Position numbers and translations under genes: made by a program. A stretch of DNA of 64,000 bases from Verrucomicrobiia bacterium. Its GTDB lineage: Bacteria > Verrucomicrobiota > Verrucomicrobiia > Limisphaerales > UBA8199. This document shows, piece after piece, positions 8,837 to 18,095 of this stretch. The notes below the pieces were generated by a model. That model ran no database searches. It was given only the letters and a program-made list of their open reading frames with translations, and was not told where the DNA came from. Numbering within the stretch: position 1 is the stretch's first letter; the number at the start of each line of letters is the position of its first letter. Where the stretch lies: assembly GCA_035294005.1 (NCBI GenBank), contig DATGLT010000242.1, positions 2,159 through 66,158 of the forward strand, given 5' to 3'.

Positions 8837-9784
8837 TCAGAGCTTCGCGGCGGCCGCCATGCGGGAAATCAGCCGGTCATTGAGTTCTTTTGCGGGGTTA
8901 TAACCGGAGGACTTTAGTTTGGTTTGGAACGCTGCCACCTCGATGAGCCTCGCCAGGTCGCGTCCTGGCCGGACAGGAATCGTGATGTGCGGGATATCAA
9001 TGCCCAGAATATTGACGTATTCCTGCTCGATCCCGAGCCGATCGACGTCCTCGACTTCATTCCACAACTTCAACGTGACCACCAGGTCAACCCCTTTCTC
9101 ATGGCGAATGCTTTTGACCCCGAACATGGCGGCGACGTTGATAATTCCGATGCCCCGAACCTCCATATGGTTTCTGGTCACTTCAGCACTGGTGCCGACT
9201 ACCTGCCGACCGTCGACCAGGGTGACCCTGGTGATATCGTCCGCCACAAGACTGTAGCCCCGTTCGATCAGCGCCAGGACGCTTTCACTTTTGCCGATGC
9301 CGCTTTCACCCCGCAGTATCACTCCCACTCCGAGGATATCGACCATGCTGCCCATTTCCGTGCTGCGCGGGGCAAACATCATCTCCAGGGCCAGTGTCGC
9401 CATATTGATGAGCTTCATCGTCACCAGGGGGCACCGGAAAATAGGCACCTTGGCGGCTTCGGCGGCTTTAAGAAACAATTTGTCCGGATGCAAGTTTCGA
9501 GAAAAAATGACGCACGGGATTTTAAACGAAAAAAACGTTTCGTACCGGCGGGCGCGTTCTTCCTCGGGGAGAGATTTAAGAAAAAAAGCTTCGGCATTGC
9601 CAATCGCCTGGACCCGTTTGAAGGCGAAGTAGCGGGTGAACCCGGACAAAACCAGGCCGGGCCGATTGACAGTGGGCTCGCGGATGGTCCGCTTCAGGCC
9701 GCTGGCGCCGGCCAGCAGGCTCAATTCAAGGCTGCTGGCATGCTCGGTGTAGAAGCGTTCGACAGTGACTTGATCGCGTAGCAT
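8837..9784 (-). CDS. hprK: HPr kinase/phosphorylase
   Basis: 315 aa with Walker A GESGIGKSE and the HprK signature EVRGIGIINV. It lies directly upstream of ptsH. Confidence 0.9.
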   Translation of the reverse strand: MLRDQVTVERFYTEHASSLELSLLAGASGLKRTIREPTVNRPGLVLSGFTRYFAFKRVQAIGNAEAFFLKSLPEEERARRYETFFSFKIPCVIFSRNLHPDKLFLKAAEAAKVPIFRCPLVTMKLINMATLALEMMFAPRSTEMGSMVDILGVGVILRGESGIGKSESVLALIERGYSLVADDITRVTLVDGRQVVGTSAEVTRNHMEVRGIGIINVAAMFGVKSIRHEKGVDLVVTLKLWNEVEDVDRLGIEQEYVNILGIDIPHITIPVRPGRDLARLIEVAAFQTKLKSSGYNPAKELNDRLISRMAAAAKL

Positions 9785-9792
9785 AATGTTTT

Positions 9793-10623
9793 TCAGAGAT
9801 TGAACTCCGGGCCGAGGTAGATTTCCCGTGCCTTGGGATCATTGACCAGTTGCTCCGCCGCGCCTTCATAGACGACTTCGCCTTTGTGAATCAGGTACGC
9901 GCGGTCAACCAGCTTCAAGGTCTCCCGCACATTGTGATCCGTAATCAATATTCCCAACCCGCGTTCCTTCAGGCGGCGGACGATCTTCTGGACTTCATAC
10001 ACCGCGATCGGGTCAATGCCGCTGAAGGGTTCGTCCAGCAGCAGGAGTTTCGGGCTGGTGACCAGGGCCCGGGTGATTTCCAGCCGCCGCTTTTCTCCGC
10101 CGCTCAACGTGTAGGCTTTGCTTTTTGACAAACGGGCCAGGTCCAGTTCGTCGAGCAGATATTTCAGCCGGACAGCCCGTTCGCGGCGCTTCATCCGGCA
10201 AGTCTCGAGGATCGCCAGAATATTTTGTTCGACCGTGAGCTTCCGGAAAATACTGGGTTCCTGTGTCAGATAGCCGATTCCGAAGCGCGCCCTTCTATGC
10301 ATCGCAAAACGCGTAATCGACTTCTGCTGAAACCGGACTTCGCCGGAGTCAGGTTTAACGACCCCCACGACCATGTTGAAGGTGGTCGTCTTGCCCGCCC
10401 CATTGGGGCCAAGCAACCCGACAATTTCTCCCGCGCCAACGCTGATGGAAACGCCGTTGACCACGCGCCTGTGCCGGTATTCCTTGACCAGCTTATCCGT
10501 CGTCAGGAGCGGCTCAAAGGTCGTGGAAATCCCGGGAACAACGCTGGTTCCGCCTGGCTGTGCCGGTGTTATCGACTCTTCGAGCATGTGAGTGGCCTCG
10601 GTGATGAATGGGCCTGAAGCCAT
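9793..10623 (-). CDS. lptB: LPS export ABC transporter ATP-binding protein LptB
   Basis: Contains GLLGPNGAGKTT, LSGGEKRRLEITRAL and LLLDEPFSGIDP. The start ATG overlaps the upstream gene's stop by 1 nt (TAATG). An alternative ATG at 10587 is possible. Confidence 0.85.
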   Translation of the reverse strand: MASGPFITEATHMLEESITPAQPGGTSVVPGISTTFEPLLTTDKLVKEYRHRRVVNGVSISVGAGEIVGLLGPNGAGKTTTFNMVVGVVKPDSGEVRFQQKSITRFAMHRRARFGIGYLTQEPSIFRKLTVEQNILAILETCRMKRRERAVRLKYLLDELDLARLSKSKAYTLSGGEKRRLEITRALVTSPKLLLLDEPFSGIDPIAVYEVQKIVRRLKERGLGILITDHNVRETLKLVDRAYLIHKGEVVYEGAAEQLVNDPKAREIYLGPEFNL

Positions 10624-12524
10624 TATTTCGTCCGTTTTTTGTTCGGCAATACGAATATGTTCGTCGCGACCGGTTTAGCCGCGCCCTGGATCAGGTATTC
10701 GTTTCCGGGCAGGCGCAACGTGTCGCGGGCGCGATCCCAAATAACGAGCGGGTTTCGGAACCCGCCCCGGGCCGCATTGGTCAGGACTGCGGGCGTGCCG
10801 GTGAGGCGCATTTCATTGATCAGGACCGTGTTGGTTGGGGTCGAGGCCGTCCCAAAAGTATAAACGGCGTGGTCGCCAGTCCCGTGGAAAGGCCCGCTTT
10901 GGCTCATCACCTCGAAGACAACATTCTGGTCCGCGATCAGGTTGGTCACGCCCGAACCGGGCGTCTGCACCAGTAGTGTTTCGCACCACCAGTTCATCTC
11001 CGGGTGCGTGGCATAAACACCGCCAACAAAGACGGAGTGATTTGTCCCAAGCGTGTATTCCTCGCAAAAAATCTCTGCAAACTGGTTTGTGCCGAGTCGC
11101 GGGGGCTGATTGGTGACTGCGTTCGGATGCACGTTCGTCCCGCTATTCGGCCGAGGAACGGATACCACCTGGGCCGAAAGTTGATTCGCCGGAAGACGCA
11201 TCGAAGCATTTCCCTGGACAAACATCTCCTCCTTAACCGTATTGATTCGCAGCACCTCGCCTTTTCCACGAGTCAACCCGGCCTCCCAAGTCGGTTTCCC
11301 CGTGAGTTCGAGCACCCCGTTGGTATGCGTGTAAAACGCGCGGTCCGCGGTGAAAATCCGGTCCTCGCCCGGCTTTTCGCCCTTTATCCCGATCTTAACC
11401 TCCTTCGCCGCGGTGAGTGTCTGAAACTCATTCGTTCCTGAGAACGTAACACTCATGTCACCGCTGCAGGTCATTTTGCTTCGGATGACGTTGCCCACAT
11501 GTTCTTGCATCAAGACCCCGTTCCTGAAGATGGCCGAGTTAGTCCGGATCTCGTAGTTGTCGCAGGAAATCTCAACAAAATTAGTGAGCGCAGGCGCATT
11601 CGTTACCGAAGGCGAGCTTGCCAGAAAGCCGGATTGGCCCAGAGCGTGGCCGGGCAACCGAAGCCAGGCATGATGGATCACTTGAAAAATGTGATTGGTT
11701 CGATCGATCATCAACTCGTCGCCGTGCCCCCGCCGGTCCTCGCTGTCCCAGGCCGCGTTTTGTGAAAGCCTAATCAGGCCCGTGGCGGGCGCGTAATTCA
11801 AAATGCCTCCAGTGGCGTGCATCGAACCGTATTTCACATCCACCTCCTTCTCCGCCAGGAGTGAACGTACTTGGCCATCTTTGACCGGCACCTCGGCCGT
11901 GAGTTCCTGGCTTAACACCACCAGGTTGGTTCCTGTGACATGGACGTTTTGTGTCCATATCCCGAGCCCGGTCGCCCCGTCATAGCTGAAGCTCTTGGAA
12001 TCGACCTCCAAGGGCCCCTCCTGGGCCGAGTCGGGTCCGGCCCGGTTGGTCGATGCGCTGGCGAGGCTTGCCGATTCGATCCGGGTGTGGACGTCATTAG
12101 AGATGATCAGGCTCGAGTTGGTGGAATTTGTCTGCTGCCAAAATGTGAAGCCCGTGCCTTGAATGGCGAACTTTCCGTCGGCTGTTTGCATCTGGACGGG
12201 CCCAGTCGAGGAGATCAAGTGATTGCTGGAGTCATAGAAACAGTATTGAGCTCGAACAACCAGGATGGGGGTGTTTGTTTCGCTGTAAAGATACAGCACG
12301 ACGCCGTCGGACAAATCGGCGCTGCCGCTGGGGAGGACAAAGGCCTTGCCTCCTTCCAACCGCGATCGCGTTTGGCTCTCATGCGGCGGCGGATAGGGTT
12401 CTTCGAGCTTAAAGCCCTTGACCGGCACTCCCTTTCCTCCAAACAGCGCGCTGGCCGCAGAGCAGGACAGGACCTGTGCCGTCGCAACGATCCATAACAA
12501 AAGGCCGCAGAAGAAACGACGCAT
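10623..12524 (-). CDS. periplasmic protein with three to four tandem LptA/OstA-like modules (633 aa)
   Basis: N-terminal signal or anchor MRRFFCGLLLWIVATAQVLSCSAASA. An internal repeat ends AWLRLPGH / ASMRLPAN / DTLRLPGN. It occupies the lptC/lptA slot between kdsA and lptB. The fold assignment is inferred from pattern and context, not from a search. Confidence 0.6.
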   Translation of the reverse strand: MRRFFCGLLLWIVATAQVLSCSAASALFGGKGVPVKGFKLEEPYPPPHESQTRSRLEGGKAFVLPSGSADLSDGVVLYLYSETNTPILVVRAQYCFYDSSNHLISSTGPVQMQTADGKFAIQGTGFTFWQQTNSTNSSLIISNDVHTRIESASLASASTNRAGPDSAQEGPLEVDSKSFSYDGATGLGIWTQNVHVTGTNLVVLSQELTAEVPVKDGQVRSLLAEKEVDVKYGSMHATGGILNYAPATGLIRLSQNAAWDSEDRRGHGDELMIDRTNHIFQVIHHAWLRLPGHALGQSGFLASSPSVTNAPALTNFVEISCDNYEIRTNSAIFRNGVLMQEHVGNVIRSKMTCSGDMSVTFSGTNEFQTLTAAKEVKIGIKGEKPGEDRIFTADRAFYTHTNGVLELTGKPTWEAGLTRGKGEVLRINTVKEEMFVQGNASMRLPANQLSAQVVSVPRPNSGTNVHPNAVTNQPPRLGTNQFAEIFCEEYTLGTNHSVFVGGVYATHPEMNWWCETLLVQTPGSGVTNLIADQNVVFEVMSQSGPFHGTGDHAVYTFGTASTPTNTVLINEMRLTGTPAVLTNAARGGFRNPLVIWDRARDTLRLPGNEYLIQGAAKPVATNIFVLPNKKRTK

Positions 12525-12526
12525 TC

Positions 12527-13342
12527 TTAGCGAATGGCAAAAAACACTTTCAAAATACTCGAAAGAAACCGGGGCATGTCGCCGAGCGCGATCATGTTCG
12601 GCCCATCGCTCAAGGCGCGGTTGGGATCCGGATGGGTCTCGACAAAAATCCCGTTTGCGCCCGCGGCAACGGCGGACCGAGCCAGTACCGGGGCAAACTC
12701 GCTCTGTCCGCCGGATTTGTCGCCACCGCCACCGGGCAATTGAACCGAGTGAGTCGCATCGAAGATAACCGGGAACCCGTACCTGCCCAGAATGGGTATT
12801 GAACGCATGTCCGCAACCAGGTTGTTGTATCCGAACGTCGTTCCGCGTTCGGTGATTAGCAACCGGTTTCCCCCAGCCGCTTTGGCTTTCTCGGCGACCT
12901 GGCCCATTTCCTGGGGCGACAGGAATTGGCCTTTTTTCAAGTTAACAATTCGCCCTGTGGCAACGGCGGCGTGGATCAGGTCGGTTTGGCGGCACAAAAA
13001 TGCCGGAATTTGCAGCACATCCACAATTTTGGCGGCGGCCTGTGCCTGGGGTTCGGTATGAACATCGGTCAGGACAGGCACTCCGGTTTTCGCGCGTACT
13101 TTCGCGAGCATTTCGAGGCCGCGGTCCAACCCCGGGCCCCGAAAGGACTTCGCGGAAGTCCGGTTGGCTTTATCGTAGCTTGCCTTGAAGACGTAAGTGA
13201 TTTTAAGTTTGTCAGCTGCCTTCTTGAGCTTATCGGCAATCCGAAAACAGATCTCCTCGTCTTCAATGACACAGGGACCTGCAATCAAAGCAAGACGGTC
13301 AGGCAATCTCAACGATTTCCACAGCCCCGCATCATTTAACAC
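12527..13342 (-). CDS. kdsA: 3-deoxy-8-phosphooctulonate (KDO-8-P) synthase
   Basis: 271 aa with LIAGPCVIEDEE and FKASYDKANRTS, typical of KdsA. Confidence 0.9.
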   Translation of the reverse strand: MLNDAGLWKSLRLPDRLALIAGPCVIEDEEICFRIADKLKKAADKLKITYVFKASYDKANRTSAKSFRGPGLDRGLEMLAKVRAKTGVPVLTDVHTEPQAQAAAKIVDVLQIPAFLCRQTDLIHAAVATGRIVNLKKGQFLSPQEMGQVAEKAKAAGGNRLLITERGTTFGYNNLVADMRSIPILGRYGFPVIFDATHSVQLPGGGGDKSGGQSEFAPVLARSAVAAGANGIFVETHPDPNRALSDGPNMIALGDMPRFLSSILKVFFAIR

Positions 13343-13477
13343 GCCACCCTCTTAGCAGCAGCGTGCTCAAATGTAAATCGCCGAGGGTTGTCCAATACGC
13401 CCCCCCGGGCGTTTTACACGACTGGCATTTTTGCCCGGGTACGGCTAGATTGCGCCTGCTTGTTGCAAGTACTTGAT

Positions 13478-13933
13478 ATGGAAAAGAACGCGTTTACCGT
13501 ATTGCTCGTCGAGGATGATTTAAACGACATTTTCCTGGTCAAACGAGCTTTCCGGACTGCCCGGATCCCGAACCCGTTGCAGGTGGTTACTGATGGCGAA
13601 GAAGCCATTAGTTACTTGCGAGGTCAAGGCAAGTACGCCGACCGTGCTGCGTACCCTCTTCCGAGGCTCATTGTTATGGACATTAAAATGCCGCGCCGCA
13701 GCGGATTTGATGTCCTCGAATGGATTAAAAGTAACGACAAGCCGTGGCGGCGTATCCCTGTCATCATTGTTTCATCTTCAAATGATCCGGCAGATATCAA
13801 CCGGGCTTACGAGCTCGGCGCCAACGCGTACATGGTCAAGCCGATGGACTACCGGGCGGTCGAACGGCTGTTTGAGTCCATTACCCACTACTGGGGCCTG
13901 GAATGTGCCAAACCAGAACTGGAAGTGGCCTGA
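13478..13933 (+). CDS. single-domain response regulator (CheY-like), 151 aa
   Basis: ATG 13478 gives MEKNAFTVLLVEDDLNDIFL...LIVMDIKMPRRSGFDVL...AYMVKP, which are receiver-domain hallmarks. Confidence 0.8.
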   Translation: MEKNAFTVLLVEDDLNDIFLVKRAFRTARIPNPLQVVTDGEEAISYLRGQGKYADRAAYPLPRLIVMDIKMPRRSGFDVLEWIKSNDKPWRRIPVIIVSSSNDPADINRAYELGANAYMVKPMDYRAVERLFESITHYWGLECAKPELEVA

Positions 13934-13987
13934 GGAAGTTTCCGGGGTTCCTGCTGTTCGTGGCCCTGGACAGCGCGACGCCAAAAC

Positions 13988-14722
13988 ATGTTTAACCAAA
14001 ACATGAGACCGATTGATGGGTTATCGGCCAGTAACCGCCTACTGCACCTTACCTTGGGCGTTGCTAGCTTTGCGCTCGTGTTAACGAACGCGGTCAACCT
14101 GTCCGCCAGCCCGGCGCAACACCCCCGGCGGACAGTCGGGTCCTATACGATAGACCTTACGCCATTATGCACATGGTGGTCGAAACACCAGGGTCCGCGT
14201 CCTCTTTCCGCCTGGGTTCACATCACCGGCTCAATCACCGGGACGAATGAGGGCGCGTGGATTGTCGAGGCCCGAGTAGATGGAAACAGCGAACAAACGG
14301 ACGCTGACAAAGGACCGAGCGGTCTTCCGAAAATATTGTTGCAAAATCCCCCGGTGGAGGACCTGGTCGAATTTGAAGATTTAAACAACCGGCTCTCGGA
14401 ATTGCTGCGGCAACGCGCCAGTGCCGCAGGAGAAGCAAGCGATGCCAGGATGCGTCAACAGGCCATAACCGAGCAACAGAAGACCATTCGAAGAAATGCT
14501 CTGGTCTCGCGTTTGCTGGCTGAGGAAGAAAAACAACTCAAAGACATCGAAAGCGCGGCGCAAGAGAAACAGAAAAACCTCGACCAGCAAATTAAGGACC
14601 TCAAGGCAAAGCTGGCCGTTTACCCAGCCCTTGATCATTACGAGGTGGATTGTTTCGCTCTCGACCTTCACTATGACGTCGGCCGGGTCGCGGTTTATGA
14701 TCATGGCCAAATTGTGAAATGA
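13988..14722 (+). CDS. hypothetical exported or anchored protein with coiled-coil segment (244 aa)
   Basis: Hydrophobic N-terminal segment LHLTLGVASFALVLTNAVNLSA. A Q/E/K-rich heptad-like stretch (QQKTIRRNALVSRLLAEEEKQLKDIESAAQEKQKNLDQQIKDLKAKL). No family recognised. Confidence 0.5.
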   Translation: MFNQNMRPIDGLSASNRLLHLTLGVASFALVLTNAVNLSASPAQHPRRTVGSYTIDLTPLCTWWSKHQGPRPLSAWVHITGSITGTNEGAWIVEARVDGNSEQTDADKGPSGLPKILLQNPPVEDLVEFEDLNNRLSELLRQRASAAGEASDARMRQQAITEQQKTIRRNALVSRLLAEEEKQLKDIESAAQEKQKNLDQQIKDLKAKLAVYPALDHYEVDCFALDLHYDVGRVAVYDHGQIVK

Positions 14723-14740
14723 ACCTTTGTTTGCAAAACT

Positions 14741-15448
14741 ATGCGTCCTGGCCTGGTGAGTATCCTGGTCGGCTCGGCCTTCTTCTGCGCCTTATTCGCT
14801 TCGGCCCAAGCCGGTAAAGTTCAAAATATCGTTTTGCCGCCGGCCCAAACTTCGGGCGGCAAACCTTTGATGGAGGCCCTCCGGTTACGGCATACCACAA
14901 GGGAATTCAATTCGGACAAAATCCCGCTCCAAACATTGGCCAACCTGCTCTGGGCAGGATTTGGGATCAATCGGCCACAGACCGGTCAGCGCACCGCCCC
15001 TTCGGCCATGAATTCTCAGGAAGTCGACGTTTATGTGGCCTTGCCAGAGGGTCTCTTTCTCTATGATGCCAAGGCAAACATTTTAGCCTTCATTGCTCCG
15101 GACGATATTCGTTCCAAAGCGGGTGGCCAGGATTCGTTCAAACAAGCGCCCCTCACGTTAATCTACGTTGCCGACTTGGATCGCCTCGCCAAGGCAAGCC
15201 CCGAGACTCGCCCGTTCTATGCCGGATTCGACGCGGGCTGCATCTGTCAAAATGTCTATCTTTATTGCGCTTCGCAGGAGCTGGTTACGGTCGTTCATGA
15301 CCTGGATCGAGGCGCCCTGGCAGCCGCAATGAACCTGCGCCAGGGACAAAGGATAATCCTGGCTCAGGCAGTGGGATTTCCCCAGAAAAAGACCACTGAT
15401 GCTGAACTGCAGGAACAAACTTCCCAGCCGCGCGGCGACCGCCAGTAA
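14741..15448 (+). CDS. nitroreductase-family (SagB/ThcOx-like) protein with Sec-type signal peptide
   Basis: Signal MRPGLVSILVGSAFFCALFASAQA. The core RHTTREF...LLWAGFGINRPQTGQRTAPSAMNSQEVDVYV...GLFLYDA matches the nitroreductase fold family. Confidence 0.7.
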   Translation: MRPGLVSILVGSAFFCALFASAQAGKVQNIVLPPAQTSGGKPLMEALRLRHTTREFNSDKIPLQTLANLLWAGFGINRPQTGQRTAPSAMNSQEVDVYVALPEGLFLYDAKANILAFIAPDDIRSKAGGQDSFKQAPLTLIYVADLDRLAKASPETRPFYAGFDAGCICQNVYLYCASQELVTVVHDLDRGALAAAMNLRQGQRIILAQAVGFPQKKTTDAELQEQTSQPRGDRQ

Positions 15449-15597
15449 TCCCCGGCGTAACCGGTCACCAAAGCCGACCTTTGACCTCGGCTTGATACAC
15501 CCCTGCCACAACCCAACACCGCCGGAGCCTCACCCCGGCAGTTCCTGAACGCAACTACTCAGGGCGTACTGGCAGACACCTGTCGCCATCATCTCCT

Positions 15598-16575
15598 TCA
15601 TTGCAGTTGTCGAGTCTTGGACTTGGGCTTTTTTGCAGGGCGCAGTTGTGGCGCGTGAAATTCCTTCGCGAAGTTCGGATTGGTAAGGGGGAGGATTTCT
15701 TCGGACGCAGTGCAAAATCGAACGGGCACACTCGGAGAGGCAGGAGCATCGTCCTCATTGGGAGAGGCGGGCTCGCCTGCATCGGCAATGCTGGCGACCT
15801 GGCCCACGACATTTCCGCAGCCGTCCACGACAGCCGCGCCGCTGGATCCCGGAGCAAATTCCGCAGTGATATTGAGCATCAGCACGGGTCGGGATGGAAC
15901 GGCCGGGTTGCCGTCGAGATCCTGGGCATCCGCATTGGTGCGACGGTTCAGTCGCGAGATCATCCCCTGGGTGAACATAAAGAAATAACCGCCAGGATGG
16001 CTCAAGCAGTAGACCATTTCGCCGGGGCGGGCGCCGGTGCGAAACGGCAACGGCCTGAGTCCGGGGGCGGTGATCCTCAGGAGACAGGTATCAGCCCGGG
16101 TATCCGCAGCCAGGACCGCCTCCACCGGGTAGACGCGTGCGGAAGAATCAGCCGCCACCAGGTAGGCCTCTTTGACGTCCTTGTCGTCCGTTATGATGAC
16201 ATGGCAGCACGTGGAAATCACCCCGCCTTCGGCAGCGACAAAACCGGAACTGCTGCTGAAGTGCCAGTTCCCGCAATCCGGGCATTTATAGAACGTGCCC
16301 ACGGCGAGGGTGCTTTCGCGCAAACGTTCGCACAATTCAGGGGGTTCAAGCTTCTCCCGCGACACCGGCAACAAATTCAACGGCGTGCCCCGCCTGCGGA
16401 CCTGCTGTTGCAGGGATTGCAGGGACACCAACCGGTGCTGTTGCAGAAGCCTTTCCGCGGACTGCAGCACACGGTCTGAATACTTGTCATCGTCAATAAC
16501 AAAGCTGCCGGGCTGGGCCGCGGCCCAGCCCGACACGGCGGCCAGAGCGATCAAGGCGCTAAAAAGAGGTCGCAT
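15598..16575 (-). CDS. exported trypsin-like serine protease (325 aa)
   Basis: Signal MRPLFSALIALAAVSGWAAAQ. Serine-protease-like motif APGSSGAAVVDGCGNVVG near the C-terminal third. Confidence 0.6.
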   Translation of the reverse strand: MRPLFSALIALAAVSGWAAAQPGSFVIDDDKYSDRVLQSAERLLQQHRLVSLQSLQQQVRRRGTPLNLLPVSREKLEPPELCERLRESTLAVGTFYKCPDCGNWHFSSSSGFVAAEGGVISTCCHVIITDDKDVKEAYLVAADSSARVYPVEAVLAADTRADTCLLRITAPGLRPLPFRTGARPGEMVYCLSHPGGYFFMFTQGMISRLNRRTNADAQDLDGNPAVPSRPVLMLNITAEFAPGSSGAAVVDGCGNVVGQVASIADAGEPASPNEDDAPASPSVPVRFCTASEEILPLTNPNFAKEFHAPQLRPAKKPKSKTRQLQ

Positions 16576-16649
16576 AAATCAAAATCCGTCCGTTGCAATG
16601 AGCAGGGGTCACGGGTATTTGTCAAGAAGCGCTCAACAGGTCGTTTGGT

Positions 16650-17417
16650 ATGAAATGTAGAAAGTCATCAATACGGTCGTGGTTTATGGTCGCGCTTTGT
16701 TCATGCGCGCTCGGATCTCGAGCGTTCGCGGAAGTTACGGTTTTCGCGGCCGCCAGTCTCATGGAGAGCCTCAAGGAAATCGGCGCCGTTTACGAGGCTC
16801 AATACGGCCAGAAACCCCTGTTCAATTTTGCCGCCTCAAGCACCCTTGCCAGGCAGATCCTGGAAGGTGCCCCAGCGGATGTTTTTTTCTGCGCTGATGA
16901 GGCGCAAATGGATCGCCTGGACAAAAAGGGGCTACTGGCGGAGGGCACACGCCGTGCCCGGCTGTCCAACACACTGGTAATCATTGTGGCGGCGGATCAC
17001 GGCGCCAAAGTGCGCTCGCCGGATGACCTCACCCGCCCGGCGATCCATCGAATCGCGCTCGGAGATCCGGCCACAGTCCCCGCCGGCGTTTATGCGAGGA
17101 AATACCTGGAAAGCCAGGGGTTATGGGCAGAAATCGTTCCCAAAATTGTGCCAACAGAAAATGTGCGAGGCGCCCTCGCCGCGGTTGAGGCGGGCAATGC
17201 CGACGCGGCCATCGTGTATCGCACCGACGCCCTGGTGTCGCATAAGGTCGCGATTGCTTATGGAGTGCCTTTGAAGCAAGGGCCGGAAATCCGGTACCCG
17301 CTGGCATTGATCAGGGCGGCGAAGAATCCTGAGGCGGGCAGGCGCCTCATCGAATTCCTCGAAGGCAGGGCGGCGGGGAAGATTTTTGAACAGCATGGCT
17401 TCGTGGTCATTCCATAA
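16650..17417 (+). CDS. modA: molybdate ABC transporter substrate-binding protein
   Basis: Signal peptide followed by VTVFAAASLMESLKEIG...NFAASSTLARQILEGAPADVF, the ModA pattern. It is followed by modB and modC. Confidence 0.85.
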   Translation: MKCRKSSIRSWFMVALCSCALGSRAFAEVTVFAAASLMESLKEIGAVYEAQYGQKPLFNFAASSTLARQILEGAPADVFFCADEAQMDRLDKKGLLAEGTRRARLSNTLVIIVAADHGAKVRSPDDLTRPAIHRIALGDPATVPAGVYARKYLESQGLWAEIVPKIVPTENVRGALAAVEAGNADAAIVYRTDALVSHKVAIAYGVPLKQGPEIRYPLALIRAAKNPEAGRRLIEFLEGRAAGKIFEQHGFVVIP

Positions 17418-17423
17418 GGCCCA

Positions 17424-18095
17424 ATGAGTTTCGAGGAATGGCAGTTGATTGGGTTCACCGCGAGAATGGCCGCGCTGAGCACAGTGCTGGTGCTTCCGTT
17501 TGGCCTGGCGCTGGCCTGGTGCCTGGCAAGGCTGCGTTGGCGCGGCAAGGCCCTCCTTGAAACACTGGTCACGTTGCCTCTCGTATTGCCGCCCGTTGTA
17601 ACCGGACTTGCGTTGCTCCAAATTTTTGGGCGGCGCGGTTTTATTGGCAAATATTTGCACGACGTGTTGGGTCTCGACGTGATTTTCACGTGGCGCGCGG
17701 TGGTGATTGCCCTGGCTGTAATGTCTGTGCCGCTGCTGGTCCGAGCGGCCCGGACCGCCTTTGAGGAGGTAGATGTCACCCTCGAGCAGATTGCCCGAAC
17801 GCTGGGCGCGGGAGAATGGCGCGTGTTTTTTACCGTGACTCTGCCTCTGGCGCGGCGCGGGGTGTTGGGCGGAACCTTACTCGCATTTGCCCGCGCTTTG
17901 GGAGAATTCGGGGCCACTATCATGGTTGCAGGCAACATTCCCGGCCAGACTACGACGCTGTCACTGGCGGTATACCAGGACGTGCAACTGGGGCGCGATG
18001 CGCATGCCTGGTTGTTGGCCGCAGTTTCGGCGTGCATGGCGTTGATCGCCGTTTGGTTTGCCAGCGCCTACCTTGAGCGGAAGGAAAAAGGATGA
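17424..18095 (+). CDS. modB: molybdate ABC transporter permease
   Basis: 223 aa multi-TM protein with an EAA-like loop (LEQIARTLGAGEWRVFFTVTLPLA). Confidence 0.85.
   Translation: MSFEEWQLIGFTARMAALSTVLVLPFGLALAWCLARLRWRGKALLETLVTLPLVLPPVVTGLALLQIFGRRGFIGKYLHDVLGLDVIFTWRAVVIALAVMSVPLLVRAARTAFEEVDVTLEQIARTLGAGEWRVFFTVTLPLARRGVLGGTLLAFARALGEFGATIMVAGNIPGQTTTLSLAVYQDVQLGRDAHAWLLAAVSACMALIAVWFASAYLERKEKG

Noticed and set aside
15471-15493. Hairpin AAGCCGA-N9-TCGGCTT between the convergent nitroreductase and protease genes, considered as a terminator
   Set aside because: The stem is only 7 bp with a 9-nt loop and no real U-tract on the plus strand, though TTTGG follows on the minus strand. It is too weak to call, unlike the 12+4-bp hairpin at 40139.
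16576-16649. Possible Moco riboswitch upstream of modA
   Set aside because: The intergenic region is only 74 nt and shared with a divergent gene. That is too short for the roughly 130-nt motif, and I found no conserved Moco core sequences.
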